From: Clostridia bacterium
GTDB taxonomy: Bacteria > Bacillota > Clostridia > Oscillospirales > Acutalibacteraceae
Direction of reading: 5' to 3'
Length of the DNA stretch: 64,000 nt
Assembly: GCA_017466365.1 (NCBI GenBank)
Contig: JAFTUG010000001.1
Location: 14,797 to 78,796 of the forward strand
Positions 59,792 to 64,000 of this stretch are shown one piece after another (position 1 is the stretch's first letter; each line of letters opens with the position of its first letter). The notes below the pieces were generated by a model. It was given only the letters and a program-made list of their open reading frames with translations. It searched no databases and was not told the DNA's origin. The position numbers and the translations under genes are program-made.

Positions 59792-61330
59792 ATGAACAAA
59801 ACAGAAATACCGTCTGTTATGGAATTACTGAATATAAGTGCCGAAAAATATGGGGATTCTCCGTTCATAAAATATATTAGCAACGGTGAGGTTGAGGAAA
59901 AGAGCTTTAACCGTATACGCAGCGACAGTAAATGTGTATGCCGTATGATAAGAAATACAACAAAAGAAAAAATCAATGTAGCTGTTATCGGAAAAACATC
60001 ATATGAGTATCTGGTTTTTTGTACAGGAGTTCTTATCAGCGGCAATGTTTTCGTGCCGTTTTCGCCCGAAATATCGTTAGATGAAGCGGCAGACCTTCTC
60101 GAAAGAGCGGATACGGAAATGCTTTTGTGCGAGAATGAGTTTTTTGAAAAAGCGCAGCTTTTGAAAGAAAAATGTCCCAAACTTAAGCATATCCGAAATT
60201 TTAATGATGCACATACGATTTACCGTGAATATTCGGATGATTCGGAATATGCTTCTCTTTCTGATTTTGAAGTAAATAAAGACGAATGTGCAATTATAAT
60301 TTATACTTCCGGCACAACAGGCGTAAAAAAAGGCGTTATGCTTTCTTCAAATGCGTTGGTAGGCAACATAATGTACCATGATTATTGTACTGATATTTTC
60401 AATGAAAATGATGTTGCGCTTTCGGTTCTCCCTATGTATCACACTTATTGTTTTTCGGGGGATTATCTTAAAAATCTTAAGGACGGTTTGCAGGTTTGCC
60501 TGAACGGCGAGCTTAAGGATTTAACAACGAATCTTAAAATATTTGAACCCAAAGTAATCAGGGTAGTTCCGATGATTGCTCAATCTCTTTTGCAAAGAGT
60601 AAAAATGATGTTGAAAAGGAATCCTCTGCTTTCTGCCGAAGAGGCAACAAAAGAAGTTTTCGGAATCAATATAAAATGGCTTATTTCCGGCGGTGCTTAC
60701 CTGAATCCCGAATTGATTGATGAATATGATAAGTTGGGAATATATCTGCGTCAGGGTTACGGTATGACCGAGGCAGGTTGCAGAATATCTGTTCCCGATG
60801 AAGGCGTTTCCCGTGAATCGGTAGGCAGAATAATTGATGTATGCGATGTCAGAGTTCAGAATGGAGAAATTCAGGTTAAAACACCGACCGCCATGCTCGG
60901 ATATTACAAAATGCCAGAGGAATCAAAAGAGATGTTTACATCTGACGGCTGGCTCAAAACCGGTGATATCGGTTATGTTACCGATGATAAGCAGCTTTTT
61001 ATTACAGGCAGAGTTAAAAATCTCATCATTCTTTCGAGCGGAGAAAATGTTTCTCCCGAGGCGATAGAAAAGAAATTCGGAGCATTTCCGCTTGTTGAAG
61101 AGGTTTTGGTTTACGGTGAGAATAACAAGATTGTTGCGGAGATTTATCCTGATTTTGAATATGCAAAATCAAATGAAATTACAAATATTGAATCCATACT
61201 TGAGAAAATGATTGATGAGATGAATGAAACGGCAAAGGCATCACACATTATTTCCGAAATAAAAGTAAGAAATATTCCGTTCGAGAAAACGGGACCCGGA
61301 AAAATAAAAAGATACGAAACAAAAATATGA
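59792..61330 (+). CDS. AMP-dependent acyl-activating enzyme (fatty acyl adenylation domain)
   Basis: IIYTSGTTGVKKG, GYGMTE, LKTGDIG, GRVKNLI and GKIKR; likely start MNKTE at 59792. Confidence 0.9.
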   Translation: MNKTEIPSVMELLNISAEKYGDSPFIKYISNGEVEEKSFNRIRSDSKCVCRMIRNTTKEKINVAVIGKTSYEYLVFCTGVLISGNVFVPFSPEISLDEAADLLERADTEMLLCENEFFEKAQLLKEKCPKLKHIRNFNDAHTIYREYSDDSEYASLSDFEVNKDECAIIIYTSGTTGVKKGVMLSSNALVGNIMYHDYCTDIFNENDVALSVLPMYHTYCFSGDYLKNLKDGLQVCLNGELKDLTTNLKIFEPKVIRVVPMIAQSLLQRVKMMLKRNPLLSAEEATKEVFGINIKWLISGGAYLNPELIDEYDKLGIYLRQGYGMTEAGCRISVPDEGVSRESVGRIIDVCDVRVQNGEIQVKTPTAMLGYYKMPEESKEMFTSDGWLKTGDIGYVTDDKQLFITGRVKNLIILSSGENVSPEAIEKKFGAFPLVEEVLVYGENNKIVAEIYPDFEYAKSNEITNIESILEKMIDEMNETAKASHIISEIKVRNIPFEKTGPGKIKRYETKI

Positions 61331-61346
61331 ATAAGGGGGAGCCGGT

Positions 61347-62732
61347 ATGAAAAGAATAAACAAAACAACCTACGAGCTTATTCCGCCGCAGGAAATGATT
61401 CAGTTTATGCTCAAATACAGTTTTTTTCATAAGCAGGTCACACAGATTCCCGAATCAATCATCGTTACAAAAGAAATAGATTTTGATATTATGAAAAAGG
61501 CGATTAATATTGAAATTGAAAGAAACGATTGCCTTCGTCTGCGCTTTTTTAAAGAAAAAGGCAGAATTAAGCAGTATTTTCTCGATGAATATAAGCTTGA
61601 TACAATAGATATACTGAATTTTAAATCCGAACATGAGAGAGTTGATACTCTTACCGCCGATGCGAGGAAGCCTATTAAAATGCTTAAGGGTGAAACCTTC
61701 AGAATTAAATTTTTCCGTACTCACGATAACCGCTGCGGTATTTACATCAATATTCATCATCTTGTTATGGATAATGCGGCTGTTTTTACCTTCTTTTCGG
61801 ATTTGTTTGCTGTATATGACTGCCTTAAAGACGGAGCGTCCATGCCGAAGCCTTTAGGAAAATATGAGGATATAATCAAAAAAGAGCTTGCATACGCATC
61901 AAATCCCGAAAATTTCAAAAGGGAGGAACAGGCATACAGAGAGTTTCTTGAAAAAGACGGCGAACCTCTTTATTTGGGTGTTGAAGGTCCAAAATTTCTT
62001 GAGGCGGAACGAAAAAAGAAAAAGAATCCCGATATCAAAGCACCCTCGCTTTTTGACCCAATACATGATAAAGCAGAGCTGACAAAATACAGTCTTTCAT
62101 ATGATGACAGTCAGAAAGTATTTGATTATATGAAAGAAAACGGAATAAGCGGCGAATGCCTTGTTCAGCTTGCGATGCGTCTGCATGTTTCAAAAATCAA
62201 CAACAGACATAATGATACTTATTTTATTGTGCTTTGTCCGAGAAGACGAACTGTTTCCGAAAAAAGAGCAGGCGGAACTCTTGCTGCACCGCTTCCGTGG
62301 AGAATAGTCCTTCCCGAAGAAACAACCTTCAGAGAAGCGCTTGAAAAGATGTCGGAGCTTCAGTTCTGGGCTTTCAGACATATGGATTATCCTTATCTGG
62401 AGTATCGTGCGCTTCAGCAAAAAATGTATAACTATTCGGCAGCTGCAGGTGCATCAACGATGATGTTTTCATGGTTTCCGCTCGAAGCTGATACAATGAA
62501 TAAATGGGAATATGAGTTTGAGGGTTATTCATTGGGCAGATACATCATGGTGCTTTATACATTCGCCATGAAGGATGCACACAGCGGATGCCTTAAATTC
62601 TCATGTATGCACCGAACAAAATTTGTAAGTGTTGAGGATATTGAGGCTTTTCATCAGGGTACGGCGAATGCTCTTAAGCTTGGAGTTGAAAACCCTGAAA
62701 TGACATTGGGCGAAATAATTGACAGAATATAA
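61347..62732 (+). CDS. Stand-alone NRPS-type condensation domain protein
   Basis: YELIPPQ, RNDCLRLRF and the catalytic motif HHLVMD (HHxxxD). Confidence 0.85.
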   Translation: MKRINKTTYELIPPQEMIQFMLKYSFFHKQVTQIPESIIVTKEIDFDIMKKAINIEIERNDCLRLRFFKEKGRIKQYFLDEYKLDTIDILNFKSEHERVDTLTADARKPIKMLKGETFRIKFFRTHDNRCGIYINIHHLVMDNAAVFTFFSDLFAVYDCLKDGASMPKPLGKYEDIIKKELAYASNPENFKREEQAYREFLEKDGEPLYLGVEGPKFLEAERKKKKNPDIKAPSLFDPIHDKAELTKYSLSYDDSQKVFDYMKENGISGECLVQLAMRLHVSKINNRHNDTYFIVLCPRRRTVSEKRAGGTLAAPLPWRIVLPEETTFREALEKMSELQFWAFRHMDYPYLEYRALQQKMYNYSAAAGASTMMFSWFPLEADTMNKWEYEFEGYSLGRYIMVLYTFAMKDAHSGCLKFSCMHRTKFVSVEDIEAFHQGTANALKLGVENPEMTLGEIIDRI

Positions 62733-62750
62733 CAGAAAGGTGAAAAATCA

Positions 62751-62978
62751 ATGCTTGAAAAAATAAAAGATATAATCTGCAACTGTGTTGATGTTGAGCC
62801 GGATGAAATAACGGATCAGTCAAAGCTTCTCGGTGATCTCGGTCTTTGCTCTTTGGACCTTGTTATGGTTTCGGTTGAGATTGAAAAAGAATTCGGCGTA
62901 AGTATTTCCGCAAAAGCATTTGCTTCAATCAAAACAATCGGCGGACTTATGGAATATATTTCTGCTCTGCCGAAATAA
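62751..62978 (+). CDS. Acyl/peptidyl carrier protein
   Basis: 75 aa, acidic, with DLGLCSLD phosphopantetheine Ser and IEKEFGV.I..TIG. Confidence 0.9.
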   Translation: MLEKIKDIICNCVDVEPDEITDQSKLLGDLGLCSLDLVMVSVEIEKEFGVSISAKAFASIKTIGGLMEYISALPK

Positions 62979-62991
62979 ATATCATAAAAAC

Positions 62992-63031
62992 AAGACGGTG
63001 ATAACGTTATGTTACGTTACCACCGTCTTTT
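62992..63031. terminator. Bidirectional terminator
   Basis: AAGACGGTGATAACG..CGTTACCACCGTCTT. Confidence 0.8.
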
Positions 63032-63040
63032 CTTATCCTT

Positions 63041-64000
63041 TTATTTTGCGCTGATTGAGCCGTTTATTGATTTAAAGGCATCTGTAAGAGCCTTAATGAT
63101 GCTTGAAAAAGCTTCCGTAATGGCAGCAATGATCATCTCAAAAAAGCTCTGTGAAACCTCAACCGAGCATTCCTGCTTAACGGAAGTGCCGTCAACAGCA
63201 GCGGTAATAACCGCTGTGCCGTTTCCGACTGCCTTTACATTACCGTTTATGTCAACGGTAGCAACCGAAGTGTCGGATGAGGTGTAAGTTACGCTCTTCC
63301 CGTTTGTGTAAGCAATAAGCTGTACGGCATCGCCTTTGTTCAGCTTAAGATTTGTTTCGGAAAGTGAGAGAGTATATATCTTTTCAACAACGGCGTACTG
63401 TATGGCGTCGGCTTTTTCAATAAGGAAATAACCGTTTTCATATGTTGCGGATACCTTATAAAGCTTGCCCGAGCTTATGTCAATTCCGTAAACCTCACAT
63501 GTCTGATAATCATATCCGTATGGAACGGGGATTCTTACGGAGTAGCTGCCCGATGGAACAAGCTGAATGCCGTCATCAACAAGAATAGCTTCAAACGCTG
63601 TGTATCTGCAATCGCCAACAGCTTCATTGATCTTTTCACTGAGTTCAGTGTTTGTAAAAGCTCTTGATTTTACAGCTATATCGCCGTCAAAGCTGCCTGC
63701 AACATAAACAATTTCTACGCCTGTTGAATTATCCTTTACGGTTTCGCTGCTTACCGAATAAATAATTTTTTCTTCCAGCTTTATTCCGCAGCCCGTGCAG
63801 AATTTTGCTTTTATGCCGTATGTGCCGTTTGCGGGTGTTTTGGTAACAACCCAGTTACCTTTGGTGTGAGAAGAATAGGGGAGTGATTCTGATTGAAGCG
63901 TTGCGTTACATTCCGTGCAGCGCTTGATTCTCGTGCCTTCCTTAATGCAGGATGATGCATCAATAACTTCCCATTCTCCCGATATATGACCCGTTGCAGG
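63041..64000 (-). CDS. Surface protein, 3' part only (CxxC repeats, Big_2 Ig-like domain, amphipathic C-terminal helix)
   Basis: Manual minus-strand translation: GEWEV..SC..EG..KRCTEC repeats, YTSSDTSVATVD..G.VKAVGNGTAVITA, then SFFEMIIAAITEAFSSIIKALTDAF; stop at 63041. Confidence 0.8.
   Translation of the reverse strand, partial: PATGHISGEWEVIDASSCIKEGTRIKRCTECNATLQSESLPYSSHTKGNWVVTKTPANGTYGIKAKFCTGCGIKLEEKIIYSVSSETVKDNSTGVEIVYVAGSFDGDIAVKSRAFTNTELSEKINEAVGDCRYTAFEAILVDDGIQLVPSGSYSVRIPVPYGYDYQTCEVYGIDISSGKLYKVSATYENGYFLIEKADAIQYAVVEKIYTLSLSETNLKLNKGDAVQLIAYTNGKSVTYTSSDTSVATVDINGNVKAVGNGTAVITAAVDGTSVKQECSVEVSQSFFEMIIAAITEAFSSIIKALTDAFKSINGSISAK

Noticed and set aside
63009-63287. 92-aa plus-strand ORF
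   Set aside because: It is antisense to the truncated surface-protein gene and starts inside a terminator.
58124-64000. tRNA-Lys as the integration site of a genomic island
   Set aside because: No integrase is present, and I found no duplicated tRNA 3' end in the window.

Overview
Chromosomal window from a low-GC anaerobic Firmicute (Clostridia, probably Oscillospirales-like, judged from the ispH-rpsA fusion, split purH, T-box, ylmC/ymxH and InlB-B-repeat surface proteins). I see no CRISPR array, prophage, integrase or IS. Most of it is housekeeping and carbohydrate metabolism: purine IMP steps, tex, dnaD/dnaC, rpmB, recA-recX-rimO-pgsA, T-box-cysE-cysS, plsY, cmk-plsC-ispH/rpsA, rluA, radC, GH43, GH95, GH13, GH5, iolDE and tRNA-Lys. 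The most unusual region is about 1.6-11.6 kb. There an ECF sigma factor is fused to a membrane segment, a long Thr-rich linker and a small terminal domain. It sits next to a large surface protein ending in WWQWIIRILLLGFIWY and a tandem array of three divergent acidic, Tyr-rich secreted paralogs plus a transglutaminase-like gene. Two copies of a shared ECF-type promoter (A[A/G]AC-N17-CGTCwTATAAGTGAA) flank the sigma gene, suggesting a one-component membrane-tethered sigma regulon. Other notable items: recurring C-terminal amphipathic helices on secreted proteins (possible non-sortase anchor), a sortase substrate with an internal 41-aa Gly-rich hydrophobic segment, a stand-alone A-C-T cluster of the fatty-acid-amide type, a 43-aa small ORF with repeated upstream operator-like sites and a structured 3' region, and an internal RBS inside ispH-rpsA. 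All product calls come from motif recognition by eye, not from database searches.
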